From Daphnia carinata (lineage: Eukaryota), in assembly GCF_022539665.2 (NCBI RefSeq), contig NC_081331.1:5456001-5520000 (forward strand): DNA of 64,000 nt, in the 5' to 3' direction. The translations under genes were made by a program, and so were the position numbers. This document shows, piece after piece, positions 1 to 16,407 of the stretch (within the stretch, counting starts at the first letter, position 1; each line of letters starts with the position of its first letter). Under the pieces are notes generated by a model. It did not search any database. It saw nothing but the letters and a program-made list of their open reading frames with translations, and had not been told where the DNA came from.

Positions 1-1052
1 TGGCCAAAAGGAATCCTATACAAACAGCGCATTGCTATTTCCGAACCTGTCCGGCCATCCGCAAACTACCAGCTCCAACGCTCATTCAAATTGGCACGCG
101 AAGCTATGAATAAAAATTTGTTTAATGATATTTGATTCTTGTATGAAATTTGTTGCTTCATTTTGTTCATTGTCATAATTACGTTTGCTGTTGTGTTTAA
201 TCCAGTTTCAAGGGAAACTATCAGACCCAACGGATGTTGCAATTTCCTTCCGGTTTTCAATGATCGCAGGTGAACCACACCCGATGCGAACTGAGTAACG
301 TGAAATGTCCTCATACAATTTTCGTTGTCGATTCAAACAGCTAATATCATAGAGTTTATTTCCTTCAGGTTTCGGTATGTGGCCCCATCTCACGGTTAGC
401 AGCGGGATCAATTTCTTTTCATTTTGACTTTGAGATTAGCTTATTTCAGCACTTCGAACCTATTTTTTTATTGCGCCCTTCGAAATAGGTCGTTAGTAAA
501 TCATTCTTCACAGATGCTCTGATTACATAATGATCACGTACACGGATAGCGCTAAATCGTAGACATTAACCGGTGGACTCACAGCTTGAAAGTCCATTTG
601 TGCTCTGTAGCATACATGCGCCGTTTATCAAATAAAGCTCGAAACAACAGGTGAAAAACAAGAGGTAGGATATCATCGTTAAAGTTCACTAAAGCAAACA
701 AATGTTGAAGGTTCAATAGGACAAGCAGAAAATCTGCTCGTGACATTATGTATGACATCTGACAAATCCTAGCCGATGAGAGCAGAAAGATCGAGAAATG
801 TTTGACCAACTTATCATCATATGACGCAATTCGATTTCGATACAAAAAGACCCGCAACCAGCCAGTTGGCCGTGAATCTGCAAGAAAAACACAACTAAAT
901 TCCTACCAAGCGTGTCCGACTTCTATTTTCAAGGTAAATTCGTAGGAGGAAATTATAATAATGAAAAACATTTGATTTGAATTCACGATGGTTTCATCTC
1001 ACTCCCGTAACCAACACAAAAATGCTAATCGAACTCTTGTTCAAATTTCAGA

Positions 1053-3329
1053 ATGAAGTTGTTCTTGCTGGTGATTGGGTTGCTGTTTGGCGCAAGTCAG
1101 AGCAGGGTTCTCTTGCAGGGCTTCTGGTGGGATTTCTCGAACGACAATTACCCTAATGCATGGGCCGATTACCTAGCAGAGCTATCGCCCAGACTTGCCG
1201 AAATGGGAATCGATTCTGTCTGGGTACCGCCGACCATCAAGAATTCCGGCTATGGAGTAGGTTACGCACCATTCGATCATTACGACCTCGGAGACAAGTA
1301 TCAGAAAGGCTTCACTGGAACACGCATCGGCACCAAGGATGAACTTCTCCGCATGGTGGCTGTCATGCACGCCAACGGAATCGACGTCATCCAGGACGGG
1401 TATTTAGCATTTTCCTTTGATTGTAATATACAGAACGCATTTCTAAAAATTCGACACGCACAATCAGCGTACTTAACCACCTCATTGGAGCGGGAGCTTC
1501 AGACGGTTCCGGTGGATCTGATCCCGCTGGATGGAACGATAAATACACCAATTTCCGTTACGTCAGTTTCGCCACACCGGCCACGACGGAAACTGCCAGC
1601 GATTACCTTTCGCGAGCTGGACGATTCCCAAAGAATTGGCAAAACTTTCACAACAACCCCGTAACCAATTAAAAATCAACATAATAAAACAAAACAATTA
1701 CGAAGACGTCATCCTTAATTCTTGTTCTCCTACAGGGACATGATTGCAGGGATGGGGACATCTGCGCTGGATATTGGGGCCCCGACATTTGCTATTATCC
1801 GGGCGCTTACGGCCAAAGTTCCAACGCCGCCTACAATCCTGCGCAGTCATCCGATTACATGCGTGACAAAATGCGCAGTTGGCTCATTTGGTACAAGAAA
1901 CAAATGGGCATCGATGGGTGGAGATTTGACGCTGTCAAACATTTCCTCCCGGAAGCGATGGAAGACTTCCTCTGGAACCTACAATTTAATGCCGGATGGG
2001 CCAGTGGAGGAGTCGGAATGTTCGCCGTAGGGGAATATGTTGGAGGAGGTAACGAACTGGATAATTGGTGCAACAGCGTACAGAATAGGGCAGGAACTTT
2101 CGATTTCGGACTGCGCGGGTCGATTTACGGCATGATAACTGGCAATGGCTTCTTCGACATGGGGTCCATTCCAGGATCTCAGCAGGGAAACCGATTGCGG
2201 ACCGTCCCTTTCGTTAACAATCACGACACATTCAGACCGATCCTCACGCCGGAAGGCAATTACAACGGCTGGGATTCATCTCACGAATTGGCCGCTCACA
2301 TCAATCCTTATGACGGACGCCTCTCGGCTGCCTACGCCATCGCGTTCGCTGTGGATGGCACCCCAACTGTTTTCATTGAAGATCTCTTCGATTTGGGCGT
2401 ACTAGGCAATCGTTTCACTCACGATCCTAAAGTAGCCGCTCAGTTGCCTATGCGTTCGGACATCGCCAACATCATTTGGTGTCATCAACACCTTCGTTTT
2501 AAGGAAGGCGTTTACAAAGTACCGCACAGATCAGCTGATTTGCTAGTCATTGAACGAAGTGCTAAGGCTATCGTCGGAATCACCGACAGCTGGACAGTTT
2601 GGCAGACGGCCACTGTATCAACGGATTTCCCGGCAGGAACTGTGTTGAAAGATTATTCCGGAGCAACGGTCGAAACGGCCACAGTCGGTGGAGATAGGAG
2701 GGTTACCATCAAAGTTCCACCTTGTAACGGAGAAGCTCCGGGCGGAAGGAGATGTTACGCCATTTGGGGCCCTCTTACGCCGCCTGGCTACACACCTGCC
2801 CGACGTGAAACGACCCAAGAATGGGAAATGGCAGACGATTTGGGTGACAGTCATCCGCTTTCTTTGCAACAAGGCGGAAAGCTTCCAGCCAATTCCACTG
2901 AAACGCGCACGGTCGGAAGGATCTTCGTAGCCGCTTCCTCTCCCGTTACTTTCTATCTTTTCTTATCCGACCCTTTGAATCCAGTTACAATTGAATTGTA
3001 CAATGATAATACGCTGGTTCACAGTGAAGCACCGAGCACCGAAGGAAGTTATACTTCGAATTTCACCGGATGGTATATATAGATTAAAAGACGTTTCGAA
3101 TCACATGATTGTTTAATGTTACGCAAAATTTTTGATTTTGTTCGTATTTAGGCTGACCGTCAAGGTTAGAAATTCGGAGGCCACATCACCCGGCCAGGTA
3201 GTTTGGGTGGTCATGACATACAAACCACCAGCTCAAGTCACCACAGACCTTTTCGACGCCAAATTGAACGCCACCGGTGACTGGGACCTCTATCACCGAA
3301 TGGTTAATCGACCACGATCCAAACTTTGA
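1053..3329 (+). CDS. Secreted GH13 alpha-amylase, bacterial-type, copy 1 (4 exons: 1053-1399, 1468-1660, 1736-3072, 3152-3329; 684 aa)
   Basis: Signal peptide MKLFLLVIGLLFGA. GH13 regions after splicing: LQGFWWD, GYAPFDHYDLG, DGVLNH (split by intron 1), DGWRFDAVKH (nucleophile Asp), VGEY (acid/base Glu), FVNNHDT. All introns are GT-AG and the exon total of 2055 nt stays in frame. Confidence 0.93.
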
Positions 3330-4089
3330 GTTTAAACGCAAATCGTTTAGCTGTTGAAGACGATTACTTTCTTAGTTTGTCGTTGAAACCAGTAAACGAC
3401 ATGCCACCTTTAAAAGATATATAAATACATTTAATGTTTGAAATTGACCCTTTCGTAGTATTACTTCGTTTGAGGTTTTAGAAAGCAAACAAACATCATC
3501 ATATTGAACTGATATCCTTCACGTTTTCACTCATCCGGTGAACAATCGACATGAATTACAACTCAAATTTACTCATAGAACATGGCGTAACTTCCCTTTT
3601 GAGGTTTGAGACTTTAGCTGAGGAGGCTGCTATACTTTATTCGATGATACATTAGCGTTCAAAATCTAGTTTTTGCGGTTGAATATACGTCACCATTATA
3701 CGTGCCTGTTAATGACTGCCCGTGCGCAATCACGGCTATACACGTAATCGCTAATAACCGTAACGGGCATTATCTTTTGCCAATTTTTAACTAAGGATAA
3801 TAATCGTAAAGACTGGTGTAAAAGCTCTAACAAAACTATTTCAGGCATTGATTGTTGTGGTTGATTTCCTTTAGTAGAACTCCCCGTAAGGGATTGTGCT
3901 CGATCGATATGAGTTACCTCTTTGGCTTGCACTGGAATCAAAGTGTATGCATAACAATTCGACAAGGCAGAGGCGTTTATTCTTGAATTTTACCTGAAGA
4001 CAATGACCAAAATAAGGTTGACCTCTCTACGACGTGCCGCTCTTTTTCAAAGGCGGTTCCACATTATGTAATAATTCGGCTTACGCGAG

Positions 4090-4260
4090 GCTGACCGTCA
4101 AGGCTAAAAATCCCGATGCCAGCACTGCAAATGGTTACGATGGTCATGACACACAAACCGACAGCACACATCATAGGGGAGCTTTTCGACACCAACTTCT
4201 ACGTGACAAATTCAACTTAACTGCTATTTAACGGTGAATGGATGACACTTTGTCACGTAA
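4090..4260 (+). pseudogene. Decayed relic of amylase exon 4 (in unit 1)
   Basis: ag|gctgaccgtcaaggctaaaaat...ggtcatgacacacaaaccg...cttttcgacacc aligns to exon 4 (gctgaccgtcaaggttagaaat...ggtcatgacatacaaaccacc...cttttcgacgcc), with frameshifts. Confidence 0.7.
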
Positions 4261-5477
4261 CTTTGTGTGGCTAATTTATTATGACTATTGGTTTCGTGTG
4301 TTCATGCATAGCGCAAACATTACCTGATGAGGTATTTGGACTCAAGTGTCCCTAACAGTTTTGAATCGACTGAGAGTAAATATTCAAATGTAAATATGCT
4401 TAGTTATGTGTGTCGAAGTTTGTATGGTTCAGTCGACTTTGTTAAGGTTCGCGTGCGCTACGTCTATGGATTTGAACCGGTTTCCTCCAATCTGTTTAAC
4501 AAAGAATATTTTATCAACAATCGTCACGTACGAAGGACGCTTTGGAACAAAAAAAAAAAGTAAACAAAGTGAAAACCACGTGCTGAAAACAAATGTTGGA
4601 CTGTCTATTGGCCATCAGCCGACTTCCACAGGTAAACATCGGAGCCTAAGGTAGCCATGAACATTAATCTCATCTAAGCTGATGTTCAATTGATTTCGCC
4701 ATTCGCGTTCCGTGGATTGCCCAGTAACTTAACCATTCGTTCCCAAGGACCTTAAATGTGGATCATTTCAAAGGTCGCCCATTCGTTTTCCCGAAATCAT
4801 ACGGAAATGTAGGTCAGTTTATTTTAGCTAAGTTTAGTGGTAATTACGGTTATCTTTCCATGGCTTTACCGAACTTTATTAGAATTAGTTTTAGGTCTCT
4901 CATTGTCAGTTTAAGTGTTTTGAAATCGTTCGCCCAAACAAAACCGTTTAGCTCATCCCTATGCAAATACGTCGTGACCGTCAGCGTGTACCAGGAAGGT
5001 CACGATCAAGGCGATGCGTCATCATTTTAAATATTTCTGCGAGAGCAATAACTTCGATCGTCCTTGAGTTCCAAAATAACCAGTGCAGGTAGCTCACATT
5101 CCCAAAATTATGATCATTTTTCAGAAGGCAGGAAAGTGAAAGCTATAGACTATTTTAGTCGATGACAAAAGAACGATGTCGAAGAGTGCCCTAAATATCA
5201 CGTTAACTAAACTTACCGGCGTTTGTCCATTGTTACAATTCACACACTTCGTTATCCACCCATCGCATGCTTTAAAACTTTATTAGTTTATTTTTTCACT
5301 ACAAAAAAAGAAGAAAAATATTTGAAAGAAGGATAGGCGTTTATGAAAATTGCTAATGATGAGTACGACAATCTATAAATAACATAACAGGGAACTCGTA
5401 CTGGCCATGGCAGATACGAACATTTAAAAAAAAAGCAAATTTTTGGAAAATTGAATTAATATTCCATTTCCCAAACA

Positions 5478-5714
5478 TTAATTGGATGATATTTGGCGAT
5501 AGATCCAATCGGAATAAGCCGATACTCTTGTGTAGACACCTGGTTGTCCAGCCACCGCACACTTTCCGTCGATACCTGTTAGTTCAAAGGATGACTTACA
5601 CTACTATTTCAACGATTTCAAAAACAATGATTGTATTCTGTACCCCATGAAACGATGCCGACTACCGCCCACTGACCGATTCAATTTTGTACACAAGAGG
5701 TCCACCTGAATCCC
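5478..5714 (-). pseudogene. Orphan copy of the last two exons of the minus-strand serine protease, frameshifted
   Basis: Reads GDSGGPLVYKIE, then a 1-nt deletion relative to 10972-11044, then an intron and the GIDGKCAVAGQPGVYTRVSAYSDWIYRQISSN* exon. No upstream exons are present. Confidence 0.85.
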
Positions 5715-6382
5715 CATCTCACGGTTAGCAGCGGGATCAAGTTCGTTTCATTTTGAATTTGAGATAAGCTTACTCCCGCATATCCAGCCTATTTGTTTAT
5801 TGCACCCTTTGAAATAGGTTGTTAGTAAATCATTCTTCACAGATGCTCTGAATACATAATGATCACGTACACCGATAGCGCTAAATCGTAGACATTACCC
5901 GGTGGACTCACAGCTTGAAAGTCCACTTATGCTCTGTAGCATACATGCGCCGTTTATCAAACAAAGCTCGAAAAACAGGTGAAAAACAAGAGGTAGGATA
6001 TCATCGTTAAAGTTCACTAAAGCAAACAAATGTTGAAAGGTCCAACAGGGCAAGCAGCAAATCTACTCGTGACATTATCTATGACACCTGACAAATCCTA
6101 GCCGATGAGAGCAGAAAGATCGAGAAATGTTTGACCAACTTATCAACATATGACGCAATTCGATTTCGATACAAAAACACCAGCAACCAAACAGTTGGCA
6201 GTGACTCTGCAAGACAAACACAACTAAATTCCTACCAAGCGTGTCCGACTTCTATTTTCAAGGTAAATTCGTAGGAGGAAATTATAATAATGAAAAACAT
6301 TTGATTTGAATTCACGATGGTTTCATCTCACTCCCATAACCAACATAGAAAATGCTAATCGAACTCTTGTTCAAATGTCAGA

Positions 6383-8661
6383 ATGAAGTTGTTCTTGCTG
6401 GTGATTGGGTTGCTGTTGGGTGTTGGTCAAAGCAGAGTTCTAATGCAAGGCTTCTGGTGGGATTTTTGGAACAACAATTATCCGAACGCCTGGGCCGACT
6501 ATTTGGCGGAGCTATCGCCAAGATTGGCCGAAATTGGTATAGACTCTGTCTGGGTACCACCGACAATCAAGAATCCTGGCTATTGGGTCGGCTACGCGCC
6601 ATTCGACCATTACGACCTCGGAGACAAGTATCAGAAAGGCTTCACTGGAACACGCATCGGCACCAAGGATGAACTTCTCCGCATGGTGGCCGTCATGCAC
6701 GCCAACGGAATCGACGTCATCCAGGACGGGTATTAGCATTTTCATTTGATTGTGTTCCGCATTTGTTTTTAATCTCTAAAAATTCGGTACGTACAATCAG
6801 CGTACTCAATCACGTCACTGGAGCTGGTGCTTCAGACGGTTCCGGTGGATCTGATCCCGCTGGATGGAACGATAAGTACACCAATTTCCGTTACGTCAGT
6901 TTCGCCACACCAGCCACGACGGAAACTGCCAGCGATTACCTTTCGCGAGCTGGACGATTCCCAAAGAATTGGCAAAACTTTCACAACAACCCCGTAACCA
7001 ATTAAAAATCAACATAATAAAACAAAACAATTACGAAGACGTCATCGTTAATTCTTGTTCTCCTACAGGGACATGATTGCAGGGATGGAGACATTTGCGC
7101 TGGATATTGGGGTCCCGATGTTTGCTACTATCCAGGCGCTACTGGACAGAGTTCAAATGCAGCCTACAATCCGACACAAGGATCCGATTACATGCGCAAT
7201 GAAATGCGCAGTTGGCTCATTTGGTACAAGAAACAAATGGGCATTGATGGGTGGAGATTTGACGCTGTCAAACATTTCCTCCCGGAAGCGATGGAAGACT
7301 TCCTCTACAATCTGCAAACTAGCGCCGGATGGGCCAGTGGAGGAGACGGAATGTTCGCCGTAGGAGAATACGTTGGAGGAGGTGGCGAGTTGGACAATTG
7401 GTGCAACAGCGTCCAGAACAGAGCAGGAACTTTTGATTTTGGTCTTCGAGGATCTCTTTACGGCGTCATCACTGGAAATGGATTTTTCGATATGGGATCC
7501 ATTCCAGGATCGCAACAAAGCAATCGATTGCGAACTGTACCTTTTGTCAACAATCACGACACATTCAGACCCATTCTCACGACTGATGGTAACTACAACG
7601 GCTGGGACAGCTCCCAAGAATTGGCCGCTCACATTGATCCCTACGACGGGCGACTCTCGGCCGTTTACGCTGTGGCCTTCGCTGTCGATGGAACTCCCAC
7701 CGTCTTTATGGAAGATCTCTTTGATTTGGGACAACTGGGAAATCGTTTTACTCACGATCCTAAATCGGCCGCCCAGTTGCCCGTTCGGTCAGACATTGCC
7801 AACATCATTTGGTGCCATCAACACCTCCGCTTCAAAGAAGGAGCTTACAAAGTGCCGTACGGATCAGCTGATTTGCTGGTCATCGAACGAAGTGCTAAGG
7901 CTATCATCGGAATTACCGACAGCTGGACCGTTTGGCAGACGGCCACTGTATCAACGGATTTCCCGGCAGGGACGGTATTGAAAGATCATTCCGGGGCAAC
8001 GGTCGAAACGGCCACAGTCGGCGGAGATAGGAGGGTTACTATCAAAGTTCCACCTTGTAACGGAGAAGCTCCGGGCGGAAGGAGATGTTACGCCATTTGG
8101 GGCCCACTGACTCCACCCGGCCACACTCCTGCAGTCCGAGAAACGACCCAAGAATGGGAAATGGCAGACGATTTGGGTGACAGTCATCCGCTGTCTTTGC
8201 AGCAAGGCGGGAAATTGCCGGCCAATTCCGTCGAAACGCGCACGGTCGGAAGGATCTTCGTAGCCGCTTCCTCTCCCGTTACTTTCTATCTTTTCTTATC
8301 CGACCCTTTGAATCCAGTTACAATTGAATTGTACAATGATAATACGCTGGTTCACAGTGAAGCACCGAGCACCGAAGGAAGTTATACTCCGAATTTCACC
8401 GGATGGTACATGGATTAAAAAGACGTTTCGAATCACATGATTGTTTAATGTTACGCAAAATTTTTGATTTTGTTCGTATTTAGGCTGACCGTCAAGGTTA
8501 GAAATTCGGAGGCCACATCACCCGGCCAGGTAGTTTGGGTGGTCATGACATACAAACCACCAGCTCAAGTCACCACGGACCTTTTCGACGCCAAATTGAA
8601 CGCCACCGGTGACTGGGACCTCTATCACCGAATGGTTAATCGACCACGATCCAAACTTTGA
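6383..8661 (+). CDS. Secreted GH13 alpha-amylase, bacterial-type, copy 2 (4 exons: 6383-6729, 6801-6993, 7069-8405, 8484-8661; 684 aa)
   Basis: Same exon lengths (347/193/1337/178 nt) and the same catalytic motifs as copy 1; open after splicing. Confidence 0.93.
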
Positions 8662-9421
8662 GTTTAAACGCAAATCGTTTAGCTGTTGAAGACGATTACT
8701 TTCTTAGTTTGTCGTTGAAACCAGTAAACGACATGCCACCTTTAAAAGATATATAAATACATTTAATGTTTGAAATTGACCCTTTCGTAGTATTACTTCG
8801 TTTGAGGTTTTAGAAAGCAAACAAACATCATCATATTGAACTGATATCCTTCACGTTTTCACTCATCCGGTGAACAATCGACATGAATTACAGCTCAAAT
8901 TTACTCATAGAACATGGCGTAACTTGCCTTTTGAGGTTTGAGACTTTACCTGAGGAGGCAGCTATACTTTACCCGATGATACATTAGCGTTCAAAATCTA
9001 GTTTTTTGCGGTTGAACATACGTCATAATTATACATGCCTGTTAATGACTGCCCGTGCGCAATCACGGCTATACACGTAATCGCTAATAACCGTAACGGG
9101 CATTATCTTTTGCCAATTTTTAACTAAGGATAATAATCGTAATTACTGGTGTAAAAGTTCTAATAAAACCATTTCAGGCATTGATTGTTGTGGTTGATTT
9201 CCTTTAGTAGAACTCCCCGTAAGGGATTGTGCTCGATCGATCTGAGTTGCCTCTTTGGCTTGCATTGGAATCACAGTGTATGCATAACAATTCGACAAGG
9301 CAGGGACGTTTATTTTGATTTTGACCGGAAGACAATGACCAAAATAGGGTTGACCTCTCTACGACGTGCCGCTCTTTTTCAAAGGCTGTTCCACATTATG
9401 TAATAATTCGGCTTATCCGAG

Positions 9422-9590
9422 GCTGACCGTCAAGGCTAAAAATCCCGAGGCCAGCACTGCAAATGGTTACGATGGTCATGACACACAAACCGACAGCACA
9501 CATCACCGGGGAGCTATTCGACACCAACTTCAACGTGGCAAATTCAACTTACTGCTATTTAACGGTGAATGGATGATACTTTGTCACGTA
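9422..9590 (+). pseudogene. Decayed relic of amylase exon 4 (in unit 2)
   Basis: Duplicate of 4090-4260. Confidence 0.7.
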
Positions 9591-10805
9591 ACTTTGTATG
9601 ACTAGTTTATTATGACGGTTGATTTAGTGTGCTTATGCATAGCGCTACGTCACCTGATGAAGCATTTTGACTCAGGTGTCCCTAATAGTTTTGAATCGAC
9701 TGGAGTAAACACTCAAATGTAAATATGCTTAGTTATGTGTGTCGAAGTTTGCATAGTTCACTCGACCTTGTTAAGTACGCGTGCGCTGCGTCTACGAATT
9801 TGAACCGGTTTCCTCCAATCTGTTTAACAAAGAATATTTTATCAACAATCGTCACGTACGAAGGACGCTTTGGAACAAAAAAAAAATGTAAACAAAGTGA
9901 AAACCACGTGCTGAAAACAAATGTTGGACTGTCTATTGGCCAACAGCCGACTTACACAAGTAAACATCGGAGCCTAAGGTAACGATGAACATTAATCTTA
10001 TATAAGCTGATGGTCCATTGATTTCGCCATTCGCGCTCCGTGGATTGCCCATTAACTTAACCATTCGTTTCCAAGGACCTTAAATGTGAATCATTTCAAA
10101 GGTCGCCCATGCGTTTTCACGAAATCATACCGAAATGTAGGTCAGTCTATTTTAGTTAAGTTTAGTGGTGATTACGGTTAGCTTTCCATGTCTTTACCGT
10201 ACTTTATTAGAATTGCTTTTAGGTCTGGCGTTGTCAGTTTAAGTGTTTTGAAATCGTGCGTCCAAACAAAACCGTTTAGCTCATCCCTATGCAAATACGT
10301 CGTGACCGTCAGCGTGTACCAGGAAGGTCACGATCAAGGCGATGCGTCATCACTTTAAATATTTCTGCGAGAGCAATAACTTCGATCGTCCTTGAGTTCC
10401 AAAATAACCAGTGCAGGTAGCTCACATTCCCAAAATTATGATCATTTTTCAGAAGGCAGGAAAGTGAAAGCTATAGACTATTTTAATAGATGACAAAAGA
10501 ACGATATCGAAGAGTGTCCTAAATATCACGTTAACTAAACTTGTCGGCGTTTGTCCATTGTTACACTTCGCACATTTTGTTATTCACCCATTGCATGTTT
10601 TGAGATTTTATTAGTTTTTTTTCAGTACAAAAAAGAAAAACAACAATATTTGAAAGAAGAATGCGCGTTTATGAAAACTGTTGATGATGAGTACGAAAAT
10701 CTATAAATAACATAACAGGAAACTCGTGCTGGCCATGGCAGATACTAACATTGAAAAAAAAGGCAAATTTTTGGAAAATTGAATTAATATTCCATTTCCC
10801 AAACA

Positions 10806-12773
<1,968 letters not shown>

Positions 12774-15022
12774 TGATCGTTTCGATGTGTAAACAAGTTA
12801 TTTGACTATATCAACCACAATCGATGGAAGTGCTACGTAGAGCGCAATGTCGATGGCGATTCGGCCGGAGCAGCGGCTCACGAGCGACTGAGTCGAGTGA
12901 TCGACCGAGAATGCCCAAATGGAAAGTGAACTGGCTAGTTGATTTTTTTTTTCTTTTTTTTTTTATCAAGGACTTGCGTTTGTTATGAACAGCGTGTATA
13001 GCGTAATAGATGAATACTGGTTAGTCTCGTGCACGTATGCTGTAGCAAGGTAGATGTCCTTGACTGCTTCAGCTCTGTTTGGCTTGTTGCCGTCTGCATC
13101 CAATGCGCCCGCTGGCTTATTCGTTCAGCAACTAGCGGATTCATTTTGCACACACACACACAAAAAAAAACCATTTTACACATTAACAAAAGAACATTGA
13201 TTAGATGACTGGTTATTTTCCTTTGTTTGTAATTACGAAAACAGGTTCGTCTTGCTGGTTGTCGTACGTCGCGATTGCGGTTCACAAAATTCAAGGTAGA
13301 AACTGTATACGCAATCCATATGGAAGAGCCTCAAAAGTATTTGGCAACTGCGTCCTGGAATTCATCGTCTTCCATTCGTCGAATGACGCTCAAAAACATA
13401 AATTTGCATGCGGTATATTCTTTGTTACATGGCTGCAGATGTTGCTGCAGTTATCCATCTTATCTGCTATTCACAATAAAGGGACGTTGCCCTCTCTCAC
13501 TGTATACATTTAGAGAGCTTCTTTATTATTTATGATGCCATATTTTTTTTAGTTAATGAAGTACTGTAGGCTATGGCAAAATATAGGGATAGAGGAATTA
13601 CGGTGTGTCTCTTATACGATTACTTTTACAAGTGAACAGACCGTAAAAGGAATTGCTTAACAATTGGACGCCAACGAACAGATTCGTTTTTGCGTTTTTG
13701 TTCTTTGCGGTTTCTTTTTTCGAGGGAAAGACATAGAGAAATGAAGGGAGTGAAGAAGAAAAAAAAACGATGCATGCAGCACTTTATTTCGTATGAGTCA
13801 CGCATCGGTAATGAGACGTCATTAGATGATTGTTCTCCTACTAAGTCACGATAGTGCGGTTCTCGCTTTTACTCTTGCGCTGTACAATACGCAAAAAAAA
13901 AGATGCAATCGAAATTAATTGGTTCGAAAGGTTGAGATGGTGTCAAAATAGCCAAAAGCGTTTTAACCTCCATACCGAGAAAAATAAAAGTGAGATTTTA
14001 GACTGATGCGATTGCCAGTGAGAGAGTTGAATGTTCGGTTGGAACCTTGGCCTTTATATTTGGCGCATTAAACGCGTGGATTACCGTGAAATTTGGCAAA
14101 CGATTCTAGATATGCAGAGCAACGGGATAACGTTGCTAAAAGAATCCCTGAGTGCGTTCCTATTGATATAAAGATAGTCAACAGCGTAAAGAAAAAAAAA
14201 AGGAAAACGTGCTTGGGGAACGTTTTTCCGAAAGCGAAAGGGCAAAAAACCTGTTTCTTCTCCGGCTACTCAGTTTGCTCATTATTCATTTGGAATTGTG
14301 ACAGACGTTCCCTTTTATGCGAATACGTGTTGGCTTGACAGTCATCGCCTGACGCAGCGTAATATTTTTTTTTCTATTTTTCTTTATTTGCTTTAACGAA
14401 CGAAATAGAGACGCACGTAAACTTGTGAGTGGCCACACGGAAATTAAACGGATTCTTATCAGCCACTAATGACGTGCGTCCTTTCAGTTCTATCGAAAAT
14501 GATTCAGAGTTTCTATTGCGCAGAGAGTTCTATTGCGCCCTATATGGTGCGGAAGCAATGACGTTGCAGTCAATTGACGATTTCATCAACAGCTCTGTTA
14601 CCGATGAAGTTAGTCCGACTTTCAAGCAGGACATGAAAGAGGCTCAGCTGTTTGTCAACAAAGACTAAAGGAATTGAGGTAAAACAACAATTTCAAGATA
14701 ACAATATTTATGCATTAAATCACAATGACAACTGACGCACGGAGGTATTTGAAAACAGGCTAATGAAAACAAGACAAAAAAAGATGTGACAATATAAGAT
14801 AACGCCCGAGTTAGTCCGATGAATAAACTGCCTGGATCCGGAATTGTGATGAGTCTCGTCCCACAAATATTAAACTGTATGCCTATGGGTGGCGCAAGAT
14901 CCAAACGCAAATGTAGAAACCCAAATCGATAAGCTCCGAAGTAGATTAAGAAGCATTGGATACTTATAAAATGACAGTCGGTTCTCCATGTCAAGCAGAC
15001 AGTAAGACAAGACTTTTCCAAA

Positions 15023-16407
<1,385 letters not shown>

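Larger units (their letters stand above)
383..5711. repeat. Tandem segmental duplication unit 1 (~5.33 kb)
   Basis: ccccatctcacggttagcagcgggatcaa starts at 383 and again at 5712. The units are colinear through agaggtccacctgaat, which ends at 5711 and 11040. Confidence 0.93.

Noticed and set aside
1..135. Open frame from the window start (WPKGILYKQRIAISEP...NDI*), possibly the 3' end of an upstream gene
   Set aside because: Too short and no recognisable motif; cannot be supported.
7153..7981. 200-aa ORFs at 7153-7755 (-) and 7373-7981 (+)
   Set aside because: Antisense or alternate-frame shadows of amylase exon 3; not preserved in copy 1.
1053..8661. Bacterial contamination as the source of the amylases
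   Set aside because: Spliceosomal introns are present, and the duplicated unit includes exons of the adjacent animal protease.
12983..14668. Several 80-100 aa ORFs in the divergent intergenic region
   Set aside because: No motifs, low-complexity runs and no consistent exon chain.
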